Below are positions 1-9,900 of a stretch of DNA of 26,594 nucleotides, piece after piece (positions within the stretch are counted from its first letter, which is position 1; each line of letters starts with the position of its first letter). This DNA comes from a virus. Taxonomy: Duplodnaviria > Caudoviricetes. A model generated the notes under the pieces. It was given only the letters and a program-made list of their open reading frames with translations. It had not been told where the DNA came from and made no database searches. The stretch spans positions 1-26,594 of the IMG/VR virus record IMGVR_UViG_3300029775_000397, one strand, 5' to 3'. Position numbers and translations under genes: made by a program.

Positions 1-16
1 AATGTAAACCCCTTTC

Positions 17-61
17 GCTCACTATCGTTCGCTTTTCAGATTATCAGTAAACAGATTTCAG
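17..61 (-). promoter_or_regulatory. Putative DGR homing cis-element: periodic CTG motifs then a GATA-loop hairpin
   Basis: Sense sequence after the stop: CTGAAATCTGTTTACTGATAATCTGAAAA followed by GC-GA-AC-GATA-GT-GA-GC (17..32). Confidence 0.45.
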
Positions 62-1135
62 TTACACAGAAAAAGCGACGCGGAAACCAATGCGCGTAGT
101 CACGTACGAACGGGGGTTGCTGCCATACGCACCGAAGACACCAGCAGAGGACGTGTAGTTCCAAGCGCCACCGCGAGAGACGAACCTTTCGCCTACGTTT
201 CTAGTGTAAAGATAATCGCCGCCATGGTCCGAAGTATCCATAGGGAATAACGCTAGCGCCTTAAGAATGTCGGGTATGGTTATACCCGACTCTACAGCTG
301 TATCTTTAAATTGATTAGACGTGTTCGTCGTTCCGTCGGAAACCGAAGTAATAACCTTATTTATTTTAGCGGCACCAGCACCGTTAGCGCCAGCAGCGTC
401 AAATTTAAGGGTATTAGCTGTACCAGGTGCTACTAGCGTACCGTCTTCTAAAATGGCCTTCCACGCTGTACTACCTACGGTTAAGTCGGCGGTATCTAGT
501 GCAGCGTCGTTGTCTGGTAGTATCTGTATTTCACCGTCTACCGTTCTTACGCCGATAGCCCATTCGTAAGCGTCGCCGTTAAGTCCATAAATACCGTTAG
601 GCGTTCCGTCGTGGGTCCATGAAGAAGGTCCAGACCCTGTAAGCCCTAGGTTAATTCTACCGTCGCTTCCTACAGTCCCTGGTCTACATCTTTCGTGTGG
701 TGCGCCGTGGTCGCTTCCGTAGTTGTTGTTACCACGTGGATAAAACCCATTTTTCTTACACCATAAAGCAATGGCCGCATATTCGGCATTTGTCATTACG
801 TGCCAACCAGGACCCTTAGCCCTAGCGGCCGCTATAGCGGTATCTGCGTCTATGCTAGTTCTAGGCACTTGCCCCGGAAGACTATAAGCCCTTCCGTCGT
901 GCATATTAGCCATGTAGGTACCTATAAAGATTTCTGGAAGTACGACCCCGCCCTTAATAAAAGCTGGAAGGGGGCTTTCGCTACTACCTATACCTACGTC
1001 TTTGTAACTTAATTTCGGTATACTATTCATAATTGAAGGTATACCTTTATTATCATACAAAACAGTCTGCCTACCACCGCTAGCGGCTTCGACAGACTGT
1101 CTATACGTGTCTTTCATTGAAAAAGTAAATGGCAT
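62..1135 (-). CDS. Receptor-binding tail protein with C-type-lectin/FGE-sulfatase-like fold; DGR target (Mtd-like)
   Basis: Motifs GWHVMTNAEYAAIAL, GIYGLNGDAYEW and C-terminal RGGAWNYTSSAGVF...PRSYVTTRIGFRVAF are typical of CLec-fold DGR variable proteins; located at the end of the tail module. Confidence 0.85.
   Translation of the reverse strand: MPFTFSMKDTYRQSVEAASGGRQTVLYDNKGIPSIMNSIPKLSYKDVGIGSSESPLPAFIKGGVVLPEIFIGTYMANMHDGRAYSLPGQVPRTSIDADTAIAAARAKGPGWHVMTNAEYAAIALWCKKNGFYPRGNNNYGSDHGAPHERCRPGTVGSDGRINLGLTGSGPSSWTHDGTPNGIYGLNGDAYEWAIGVRTVDGEIQILPDNDAALDTADLTVGSTAWKAILEDGTLVAPGTANTLKFDAAGANGAGAAKINKVITSVSDGTTNTSNQFKDTAVESGITIPDILKALALFPMDTSDHGGDYLYTRNVGERFVSRGGAWNYTSSAGVFGAYGSNPRSYVTTRIGFRVAFSV
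65..187 (-). repeat. Putative DGR variable region (VR)
   Basis: The last 41 codons contain no codon ending in A; putative variable residues are NNY codons derivable from AAY (GCT, TAC, TCT, GGT, TAT, AGC, TAC, ACT, CGC). The partner TR was not found in the window. Confidence 0.75.
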
Positions 1136-1136
1136 A

Positions 1137-1499
1137 TTAATTTACCTCACTTTCTGTAATTGTTGGAATTCCCCATAAACATAAAACGACGTCACGCATA
1201 TTTACAGGTAAGGCTTCTTCTATCAGTTTAGGCCAGCCGTCTTCGTCCATTTCATCAGTTTCAACTAGGTCATATTCTCTAGCTGGTATTTTAATACTTG
1301 CTATATACCAGTTACCGACGCCACGTTCCAGCTGTGTAAAACCTTGATTAAGGCTAATATCCACAACGGTAGCCACGTCCTTAAGTTCTTCCTGTAGGTC
1401 AATCGTGGTAGAAGGAACGCCGGGTACTTCGATATTAAGCAATGTTCCGTTAAGCTTGTACTTAGCTTTTTCGCCAGTATTTACGTGTTGAATTTTCAT
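1137..1499 (-). CDS. Phage tail-associated protein (possible adaptor for the receptor-binding protein)
   Basis: 120-aa ORF, SD AAGGGGGT, directly upstream of the DGR target; function inferred from position only. Confidence 0.6.
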   Translation of the reverse strand: MKIQHVNTGEKAKYKLNGTLLNIEVPGVPSTTIDLQEELKDVATVVDISLNQGFTQLERGVGNWYIASIKIPAREYDLVETDEMDEDGWPKLIEEALPVNMRDVVLCLWGIPTITESEVN

Positions 1500-1512
1500 A
1501 GTGTTTACCCCC

Positions 1513-2070
1513 TTAAATTATCTTTGTATTTATAATGGTCCATGTAAAAGATACAGTTTTAGCACTACCTGTATATCTTACTTTAAACCCATTACTAGCC
1601 TTGTCGTATACCTCTAAATTACCGACGGCGTTTATATCGTCAGCACTAACAAGGTTTAGGTTTACGTCATAATTAGGCGTGTTAGTTTGTGCGTATTCAC
1701 TCCCCACAGGAAGCGAAACAAGGGCGAAGGGGTATTCACTAGATAGATAGTTTCCGGGGTTCCCTGTTATTACACCCGCCCCTTGTACAAGTCTTTTCTG
1801 GAAGTCTACAATCCTGTCATTTCTCATAGTTCCCAGCTTTTGTAATGCTTCGCCTAAGATACTACCTTCTACGAAGTGGGCGAAGGCTATACCGTCGTTC
1901 ATCATACCTAGTTTTGATTGACTAAGCGGCGTACCTTGCTGTATAACGTCTACAGGGTCAGCTACTAGCCTATAGTGTCCCGGTTTCTCTGGTACTTCTT
2001 CTAAGCTGTAGGTCTGTTCGCCGTTAATAATATGGTCCAGCCATTGGAACAACTCAAATTCCTTAATCAT
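1513..2070 (-). CDS. Short tail fiber / baseplate-attachment protein
   Basis: N-terminal WLDHI...VIQQGTPLSQSKLGMMNDGI motif resembles Firmicute tail-fiber anchors; beta-rich C-terminus (VYDKASNGFKVRYTGS). Confidence 0.6.
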   Translation of the reverse strand: MIKEFELFQWLDHIINGEQTYSLEEVPEKPGHYRLVADPVDVIQQGTPLSQSKLGMMNDGIAFAHFVEGSILGEALQKLGTMRNDRIVDFQKRLVQGAGVITGNPGNYLSSEYPFALVSLPVGSEYAQTNTPNYDVNLNLVSADDINAVGNLEVYDKASNGFKVRYTGSAKTVSFTWTIINTKII

Positions 2071-2366
2071 GGTGTCACCTCACTTAACTTAAATTTATAT
2101 ACAATTAACAAGCCTTTATCTTCTGGCTTACCTATGTAGTCTGGTCGGTCTGCCAGTAGCGTACCTTTGTAACTATAAAGCCCTGTGTTTGTAACATTTC
2201 CTACTACAGTATCATCTAAATATAGGTTAACGTGGAACGTGTCGCCTTCAATCTTTGTACTGTGTATTGGTATATCCTTTGTCGTGCTGCTTATTGTGTA
2301 AGTACCTTTGGAAATGATACCTAACATAGCGTCTGCAAATTCCTTAATTCCGTTTGGTTTTATCAT
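2067..2366 (-). CDS. Small baseplate/tail-fiber collar protein (XkzA-like position)
   Basis: 99 aa, follows the XkdU-like gene with a 4-nt overlap; VTNTGLYSYKGTLLA motif resembles tail-collar N-termini. Confidence 0.55.
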   Translation of the reverse strand: MIKPNGIKEFADAMLGIISKGTYTISSTTKDIPIHSTKIEGDTFHVNLYLDDTVVGNVTNTGLYSYKGTLLADRPDYIGKPEDKGLLIVYKFKLSEVTP

Positions 2367-3169
2367 TTTATTGGTTCACCCCCGCTATAAATCGTGTTAG
2401 TAAGTTTGTAGTCTTTTGTTGTTAATGTACCTGTTTCCTTAACCTCTACAACGGCGTCGTATATTTTACCTTCCGTAGATACATAGGGCTTCGGACCAGC
2501 TGCATATCTACCAGCTAACTTATAGTCTTGTTCCTGTGTATCGTAAGTAGGCGCTATCTTAACGTCGCTTTCGTATAGTCTACCGATTACAGCCACGCTA
2601 GGAAGGGTACCGCATAGGGTAGACGTTCCAGCTTTAGGAAGGGGGTAGACGTACCTGTTATACGAAGTTTCTATCTGGATACCAGTTTCTATGTGGTATT
2701 CAAATTTGTACTCTACGCCTAAATGTGCGTGTATAATATTCTGTAACGTGTCGTCAAAGTCTTTTAGAAACGACGGTACGCCACGCTGGAATGTTATAGT
2801 CACTAAGCAGATAGCTGTATCAATTTCTACTCGTATCTTTTCGTTGTAGCTAGCCGCTAGGTTATGGACCATAGAACCGCCGAAGCTTTCTTCATTGGCC
2901 AATCGTGCAAATATTGACGGTCTGCGACTATCGTAGTCACTTTCTGGGTCTGGGGGTAATCCTACGGATATTTCCCAAAAAACAAGCCCCCAGGTCGCCG
3001 TATAGGGCGATAGCTGTAGGGCTAGGTCTTCGTTATTTTCGTATATCCTGTCATACTCTAGGGCTTGCGTATTTTGTATAGCGTGGAATACTTTACTTTC
3101 CTGGTAGTAATCAGCCGAAGCGTCTACCATTCCTTCGGTACGGTCACTTATCTTTATTTCTTTTATCAT
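2363..3169 (-). CDS. Baseplate wedge protein, XkdU/YmfQ (DUF2313)-like, with C-terminal repeat extension
   Basis: QLSPYTATWGLVFWE...RRPSIFARL and IIHAHLGVEY motifs; follows the baseplate J-like gene. Confidence 0.85.
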   Translation of the reverse strand: MIKEIKISDRTEGMVDASADYYQESKVFHAIQNTQALEYDRIYENNEDLALQLSPYTATWGLVFWEISVGLPPDPESDYDSRRPSIFARLANEESFGGSMVHNLAASYNEKIRVEIDTAICLVTITFQRGVPSFLKDFDDTLQNIIHAHLGVEYKFEYHIETGIQIETSYNRYVYPLPKAGTSTLCGTLPSVAVIGRLYESDVKIAPTYDTQEQDYKLAGRYAAGPKPYVSTEGKIYDAVVEVKETGTLTTKDYKLTNTIYSGGEPIK

Positions 3170-4341
3170 GTAAGAACCACCGCCCCCATTTCTGGAATGT
3201 CGAAGTACTGTAACACTATATCCGAAGTACCACCGTTTACGGTTAGATTTCCGTAGTTTTCTACGCCGACGGTGTTACCAAGGATAGCCCCGACCTTATT
3301 GTAAGCGATAGGGTATAGCTGTTCAGTAGCTGGGTCTATCTCAAATACCCTACCTTGTATATATTCGTTTAAAGCTTTCTTAAACGCCGTCAATACTTCC
3401 GCTGGGTCTGTATTAATGCTATAAGAAACCGTAGCCGATACATCAATAGCCTTAGTTACACCTGTTATAACTGTTACAAACGCCCCCATAGGTGCCTTAC
3501 CATAGCCGTAGCCTTGATAGGGGATAGGGTCCATGTATTCCTGTAACATTCCTATAACTTCGTTACTTAACGGCTTGTAGTCACTTCCAGCGCATATAAT
3601 ACGAACCGTACCTCGTCCATCTTGCCCGTTACTTTTATCCCAACACATTTCTACGATAACCTTACCGATTGCCACGTTAGTAGCCCTAAAGAAGTCGTTT
3701 AAGACCCAACGCTTATAATCGTTACGGTTTCCGCCTGTGTCTGGATTAGCCACTTTTTCTAGGTACTTAGCCCAAGCGTCGTCTAGTGTTTCTTTTTCGG
3801 ACCCCGGTATAATTACCCCAGTATCTACTATACTTCGAATACCCGGTATAGGGGGCTGTAATATAAATTCTGAACCAGTAGCTAGGTTTCCAATTTCCCC
3901 AACAAGCTTACACGTAATACGTATTTCTTGTATCATGCTATCTACCGTAAATATAGTTTCTAGGTTTGCCGTAAATTCTATAGGGTTACCGTCAGTATCC
4001 AGCACTACGGAAGTAAATGTATAACCCTTTGGGATACGTACGCCGGGGTCTGCTTCAATATTTAAGGTTCTAACGCTGTAGGTCGCTTGTATACGTTCTA
4101 ACCCCCTGGCTTGTAAAAATAAGTCCATATATTCGTCTTCGCAATATTGGGGGAAAGAATTTTGTAATATTCTATCCTGGTTTAGTTGAAGCCCTATAAT
4201 TTCGGCGGGGTTGGCGTCTATGGCGTCATGGATAAAGTCGCCTTTTTCCTTACGGTATTCGTCGCTAATATTACTTAACATTCGTTCCCGTATTTCTGTA
4301 GCTGTTTCTAAAAAACGTGGCGTAAATTCTGGTCTTGTCAC
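3166..4341 (-). CDS. Baseplate J-like protein (XkdT/gp47 family)
   Basis: GSEKETLDD, PDTGGNRNDYKRW, GRGTVRI, GYGKAPMGAFVTV and LTVNGGTSDI motifs. Confidence 0.93.
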   Translation of the reverse strand: MTRPEFTPRFLETATEIRERMLSNISDEYRKEKGDFIHDAIDANPAEIIGLQLNQDRILQNSFPQYCEDEYMDLFLQARGLERIQATYSVRTLNIEADPGVRIPKGYTFTSVVLDTDGNPIEFTANLETIFTVDSMIQEIRITCKLVGEIGNLATGSEFILQPPIPGIRSIVDTGVIIPGSEKETLDDAWAKYLEKVANPDTGGNRNDYKRWVLNDFFRATNVAIGKVIVEMCWDKSNGQDGRGTVRIICAGSDYKPLSNEVIGMLQEYMDPIPYQGYGYGKAPMGAFVTVITGVTKAIDVSATVSYSINTDPAEVLTAFKKALNEYIQGRVFEIDPATEQLYPIAYNKVGAILGNTVGVENYGNLTVNGGTSDIVLQYFDIPEMGAVVLT

Positions 4342-4760
4342 AATTCCACCCCCTCTAAAGAAACGGAACCGAATACCGTATCTACCACTAAATATAAGTA
4401 GGTACGTATTACGCCGTCCCTGTCAGTTTCCTTATACGCCTTAACTTCGGTTACCTCATTTACCCAAGGGTCGTAGATTATAGCTTCCACGGCCTCTCGT
4501 TCAATTTCAGACAGCTTTACAGCTTCTGGAAGGTCTTGTCTTACTAGAACATCATGTACACGGCTACCGTATATATGATTTCGTGTAAGGTCTTCAAGGT
4601 CACCGTATACGCTGTATTTTCCCAGCTGCGTATTTTCTGCCTTTTGTATTACCTGTGCGGCCGCTTCAATACCTGTAGCCAGTTGTACAACGCCGCCTAT
4701 ACCTAACTTAAAGTCCATGGTTTCCCAATCAAATACGGGCGTTTTTCTTTCGTCTGCCAT
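4338..4760 (-). CDS. Baseplate sheath-initiator protein (XkdS/DUF2634-like)
   Basis: FDWETMDF, KAENTQLGKY..YG, SEIEREAVEAIIYDPWVNEV and VDTVFG motifs; synteny. Confidence 0.85.
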   Translation of the reverse strand: MADERKTPVFDWETMDFKLGIGGVVQLATGIEAAAQVIQKAENTQLGKYSVYGDLEDLTRNHIYGSRVHDVLVRQDLPEAVKLSEIEREAVEAIIYDPWVNEVTEVKAYKETDRDGVIRTYLYLVVDTVFGSVSLEGVEL

Positions 4761-4774
4761 AACTTACACCCCCT

Positions 4775-5257
4775 TTAGTAATGTTCTAAAATGGCGTACT
4801 TAACTTTATTACCAACTAGAGTAGGAAGCAATATAACAGTATCCCCAGCTTTTAGATTTCGGTTACCGTATATGTCTTCTGGTACATACGAAGGGATTAG
4901 TAGGTCGGCGCTTGTATACGTCCTTCCTATACCATCTACCTTACACGTAGTAGCGCTTTGCATTGTCCCGGTAACGAAACCCTTGTTAAGCTTCGTTATT
5001 ACTCCCCACCGTTGGTTATCATGTCCCACAATAGGACCAGTTAAAAACCTATCCCCAGTACAAACAGGGTATAGGTTTATGGGTATTTCAAATATTTCTA
5101 TATCTAACGCCAATTCCGTACCTTCAAATACAAAAGTAACAGGGTTAGGGTCTGTTGTAACGGCTCGAATGATACGAAGTCCGTCACCAGCACCACCGAC
5201 GTTAGTTTTACTATTTCCATTACGAAGTAGCTTTAAAAGGTCTACAGCGTTATCCAA
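4775..5257 (-). CDS. Baseplate spike-like protein (XkdR/DUF2577-like)
   Basis: TTG start with SD AAGGGGGT; LKAGDTVILL...YAILE C-terminal motif; between hub and XkdS-like genes. Confidence 0.7.
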   Translation of the reverse strand: MDNAVDLLKLLRNGNSKTNVGGAGDGLRIIRAVTTDPNPVTFVFEGTELALDIEIFEIPINLYPVCTGDRFLTGPIVGHDNQRWGVITKLNKGFVTGTMQSATTCKVDGIGRTYTSADLLIPSYVPEDIYGNRNLKAGDTVILLPTLVGNKVKYAILEHY

Positions 5258-5269
5258 GCCGTTACCCCC

Positions 5270-6268
5270 TTATTTTTTCTTTTCTTTATCTGTGGCGTCT
5301 TCAAATTGTATAGCTGGAAGGTCTGGTGTACTTAGTAGGTCAAAGGTCAATTCTATTAAGCCTTTCGCTTTAAAAGTATGCGCCACGTTTTTAATGTAAT
5401 AACCACCTACCATACCTGTATTGGGTTCCTCTACATAGATGGCGTCGCCTGTGTAAAATTGGCTCATTACACCATCTGGATTAACCCCCGCCATACTCAT
5501 AGTCGTAGTTATTTTAGATAACTTCGCTAGTAAGTCTTTGGCTTTTCCGTCAACGTTTTTAGTGTCTTTATTAACTTCTTCAAAGTACTGTGTTTTACCG
5601 TACTTCGCCTGTGCGTCGGCGTTTGTTTGCGTAACCACCTTACCCGTTTCACGGTTAACTAGTTTTACCGTAGTACAAAGTTCTTCTATACTGTCGGTCT
5701 TGCTAGCACTTAATAAATTAACCCCTACTTGAAACGCCCATAGTTTAGCTGGTATCGACCGTTCAAAGAGGATAAGACCGTCCTTTATAGGGTCGTACCT
5801 AAACCAAAATTTTTTACCGTTGGCGTCTTTAGTTCGTGCCAGCGTATCTATTGCTATTTTCTCTGGCAATGCTCCCGGATAGTACAAATAGGGAAATACA
5901 GCCCCTGTATTAGCCAGCGACGATACTTTAATACCACATTTACTAGCCAAGGACTTAATAACCTGTGTAGCCGTCTGGTTCTTGTAGTAATAGTCGTCTG
6001 GGTTCTTCGATAGGAAGAACAGGGGGTCGTTTACTTGATATTCTATATCGCCTGTAGCTGTTATACGGTGGGTCTTAATATCCCCAGTAAACCAACGTAC
6101 CCCATTGTAAAAAAGTTCAGACTTGTAGCCTACTAGTAGCTGTGGGTTCTTTATCTGCTCTACATTAAATTTTAGTATTCGACAACTTGCGTTTACCTGG
6201 TCCGTTATAACAGGCTCACTAGATAACACAGCTGTAAAGTCCGAACCACCGATAGTAACTTTAATCAT
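5270..6268 (-). CDS. Baseplate hub protein (XkdQ/YqbQ-like)
   Basis: DPLFFLSKNPDDYYYKNQTATQVIKSLA, DSIEELCTTVKLV, KYGKTQYFEEV and YYIKNVAHTF motifs. Confidence 0.88.
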   Translation of the reverse strand: MIKVTIGGSDFTAVLSSEPVITDQVNASCRILKFNVEQIKNPQLLVGYKSELFYNGVRWFTGDIKTHRITATGDIEYQVNDPLFFLSKNPDDYYYKNQTATQVIKSLASKCGIKVSSLANTGAVFPYLYYPGALPEKIAIDTLARTKDANGKKFWFRYDPIKDGLILFERSIPAKLWAFQVGVNLLSASKTDSIEELCTTVKLVNRETGKVVTQTNADAQAKYGKTQYFEEVNKDTKNVDGKAKDLLAKLSKITTTMSMAGVNPDGVMSQFYTGDAIYVEEPNTGMVGGYYIKNVAHTFKAKGLIELTFDLLSTPDLPAIQFEDATDKEKKK

Positions 6269-6280
6269 AGGCTAACCCCC

Positions 6281-6967
6281 TTACAGCTTCGTACAATCGG
6301 AAGCATTAACCCAGCCGTAAACCCTGTCGCCGCTTTCATGGATAAGGTGGTAGGGGTGCTTTCCGCTGTACGTAAGGGTACATTTACATATTGCCGTTTT
6401 TCTATTTACCGTGACTTTAGCGGCGTTTGAAGATAAATAAACAGGACCCCCATTAAACTTAACCTTGTCGCCTTTTTTAATTGTCGTCGTAGCTGGTTCC
6501 GGGGGTCGTGGATTAGATACAATTACTTTTTTAGCTTCCACCTGTATAGGCTTTATATTTTTGTGTTCCTTTAAAGTCAAGTCATAGTATAGGTCACCTT
6601 CAAAACCTTTAAAGTCCCATCTAAAGGAAGTTATCTTCATAGTCTTATTTATCCCAGCCGACGGTATAATTACTTGTATTTCCGTGCCGTTATCCTTCCA
6701 GCTACTTAATTTGTTTCTGTAGGTTATCGGCGTTAATAGGTTCGTAGTCTTACAATACCCAGCGTCATATCTAGCTGGGAAGAAGCAAGACCAACTAAGA
6801 GTATCAAGCGCTACCCCGTTATCGAAGTCAACGTCGCCTAGTTGCAATATTGACACCGTAACGGGTTTAGTACTTCCATCATCATAACTAACCTTTGGTG
6901 GAATTACAGGGACGTTTAGATAGTCCTTGTTTGCCTTAAGTGTAATATCTACATCAATTCCTATCAT
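6281..6967 (-). CDS. Tail-tube initiator (XkdP-like) with C-terminal SH3-like cell-wall-binding domain
   Basis: VPVIPPKV, LSWSCFFPA and GDLYYDLTLKEHK motifs; C-terminus IKKGDKVKF...HPYHL...VYGWVNASD. Confidence 0.8.
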   Translation of the reverse strand: MIGIDVDITLKANKDYLNVPVIPPKVSYDDGSTKPVTVSILQLGDVDFDNGVALDTLSWSCFFPARYDAGYCKTTNLLTPITYRNKLSSWKDNGTEIQVIIPSAGINKTMKITSFRWDFKGFEGDLYYDLTLKEHKNIKPIQVEAKKVIVSNPRPPEPATTTIKKGDKVKFNGGPVYLSSNAAKVTVNRKTAICKCTLTYSGKHPYHLIHESGDRVYGWVNASDCTKL

Positions 6968-9900
6968 GTTAACAACGCCCCCATTTCCCCAGCGCTTAGT
7001 ACCTCGTCGGCACCGCTTAAAGCTTCATATAGCAATTTTAGAATTTCTGCTACAAGTTCTTTAGGGTCTCTGTCGCCAACGTCACTAAGTATAATATTTT
7101 CAATCATAATTCTTAAGCCTTCGGTTCTAGCTGTCGGTGTTGATACCATACCACTAGGATTAATAGACCCTTGACTAGTAGACTGTGTAGCGAATGGCTC
7201 TACTACGCTGTCGCCCAGTCCTCTAGCTGCGTCCCTAACCCTGTTTATCATTTTATTGATACCAACGATTAAACCTTCGCCTGTGTACTCGCCGCTTTCT
7301 TCCGTAACCCTAGAAGGGCTATGAATGTCTAGGGCGCTATTTATTTCGTTTCTAATACTATTCGCCATACTTCTAGCCGTACTCATTACGGTAGGCTTCA
7401 TAGACAGTAAACCGTCGTTAAGGCCTTCCATGGCGTTTTTACCAGTAGGGAATAGGTCCATTTCGCCGAAGGTATCCGTCATATCGGTAGTTATACTAGT
7501 AGCCGCGTCTACAGCTATTGGGGAACTCTCCATAAAGCCGTCTGCTAGGGTAGTAGTAGCAGTAGTACCGTAACCCTCAATAACGCTATAGTCTGGCTGT
7601 AACCCTGTAGTAATCGTGTCGGCTGTAGCCAGTGACGCCGCGCTTACCGTACCCATATTATTCTGGATACCAGCGGCCGCCCCGTCAGCGACTTCCTTAC
7701 CACCTTTTTCGCCACCACCGAAGAAACCTTTAATACCATCTAGTAAGCCTTTACCTACACCTTTTACAATGTCCCAACCTACTTCTAACCAGTTGGTACT
7801 CATAATCGTATCTATGATAGCCATTACAAGCTGTGGTATTGCCGCTACAAGCTGTGGTATTGCCTGTATAAGACCCACGGCTAGGGCTACTACAATCTGT
7901 ACAGCCGCCTGTATAATCGTAGGAAGGTTCGCTATAATTCCCTGGAATAGCGTAATAATTAACTGTATCGCCGATTGTATAATCAAAGGTAACATAGCTA
8001 CAATTCCCTGTACCAGACTTACGACTACTTGAACCGCTGCATTAAGTATAAGCGGAAGATTAGCTATAAGACCTTGTGCTATAGCCATAATAAGCTGTAA
8101 CGCCATCTGGATTAAGGACGGTAACATACCTACGATACTTTGTATAAGACTAACTATAAGTGTAATTCCAGACTGTATAATCATAGGCAAGTTAGCAATT
8201 AACCCATTAACTAAAGTCTGTACTAGCTGTAGCGTCATACTTACAACTAGTGGTAATCTGGATATAAAGCCATTTACCAAGGTGCTAAGTGCCGTCATTC
8301 CAGTAGTAATTAACTGTGGAAGTTGGTTTATTATTCCCTGTGTAAATTCAAGTATAAGGTCAGCCCCTACAAGTATTACACGTGGTACCAGCTCCATAAG
8401 ACCGCTAATAAAAGCAGATACCGCCTTAGCCGCTCCGCTAGCTATCTGTGGGGCGTTTTGTTCAATCCCTACAAGGAAGCTATCGACAAGACTTACAGCC
8501 ATATCTACTACTTTAGGCGCGGCGTCGGCTATGTTCGTAACCACTTTAGCGAATACCGTACCGACTTCATTTACGAAACCAGCGATACCGCCTTCTTTAA
8601 ACGCCGTACTTAAATCGCCTACCATATCTTTAGCCGTGGATATTATATCTACCATAGGGTTATTAACGCTTTGGTAAAACTCTATCCCTAGGTCTGTTAC
8701 GCTATTCTTTAACATACCTATTTGACTTTCCATAGTTGCGTATCTTTGTTCCGCTTCTTTGGCAAGCGCTGTATTTTCGCCCCAAGCTTCCGTACCCATT
8801 GCTAGGGCATTGGTAAACAAGTCACCAGAATTAGCCGCCCTTAAGATGGTGTCACGTAGTCTAGTTTCTGTGATACCCATATCATCAAGTACAGCTATGG
8901 CACTAGACCCCAGCCTTTCGGTATCACTTAAGCCAGTTAAGAACGAAGATAAAGCCCCAGCGGCGTCTTCTTTAAACGCCTTTTTAAATTCGGAAGTAGA
9001 TACCCCCGCTACTTTTGCGAAGTCCTTTAGCCCTTCGCCGCCTGTTTCTGTCGCTAGTTGCATATCTATCATAAGTTTAGATATAGCAGTACCACCAGCG
9101 GCCGCTTCCATACCAACGGAAGATAAAGCAGCAGAAAAGCCCATTATTTCAGCTTCGCTCATACCTACCTGTGAACCAGCAGACGCTATATTCTGCGCCA
9201 TATCAGCGATTTCGCTTTCTGTGGTAGCGAAGTTATTACCAAGTTCTACTATGGTAGAACCTAGTCTATCAAAATTATCTTGTGACATTCCTGTTACGTT
9301 AGCAAAACGGGCCAGCGTAGTAGCGGCGTCGTCAGCCGTCATATTAGTAGCGTCACCTAACATAGTCATTGTCTTAGTAAAGCCTAGTACGTTATCTGTC
9401 TGTATTCCTAGCTGTCCCGCGGCTTCGGCTACGCCCGCTATCTCTACGGCTGTGGTAGGCATTACCTTAGCCATATCCCGGATACCGTTATTAAGTACTT
9501 CTAATTGCTCTGGCGTGGCGTCTATGGTTTTCTTTACCCCAGCGAAGGCGCTTTCGTAGTCTATTCCAGCTTTAATACCAGCTATACCTAAACCACCGAT
9601 AGCGGCCGCCGCGGCTCCTAGACCAATAGTTACACCTTTAACGGCACTACCTAAGCCATGGGCTACCTTAGACCCAGCAGAAGCGGCCAGACTTCCAATT
9701 TTGGATATACCAGTATGAACAGAAGAAAAACCAACGCCAGCGGCATTTTTAAGGGCGTTCCATAACTTTTTTACGCCACCTTCTCCACTAGAAGCGTTGG
9801 TTTTAAATTCTTTTAATTTGTTTACTACATTGGTTATTTTAGTATTAGCGAATTCCTTAACCTTAGAAGTTAAATTCTTCATAGTGTTATAGGTGTTTGC

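Noticed and set aside
7600-8700. Hydrophobic repeats in the TMP as a separate membrane protein
   Set aside because: These are ordinary 11/22-residue amphipathic tape-measure repeats within one continuous ORF.
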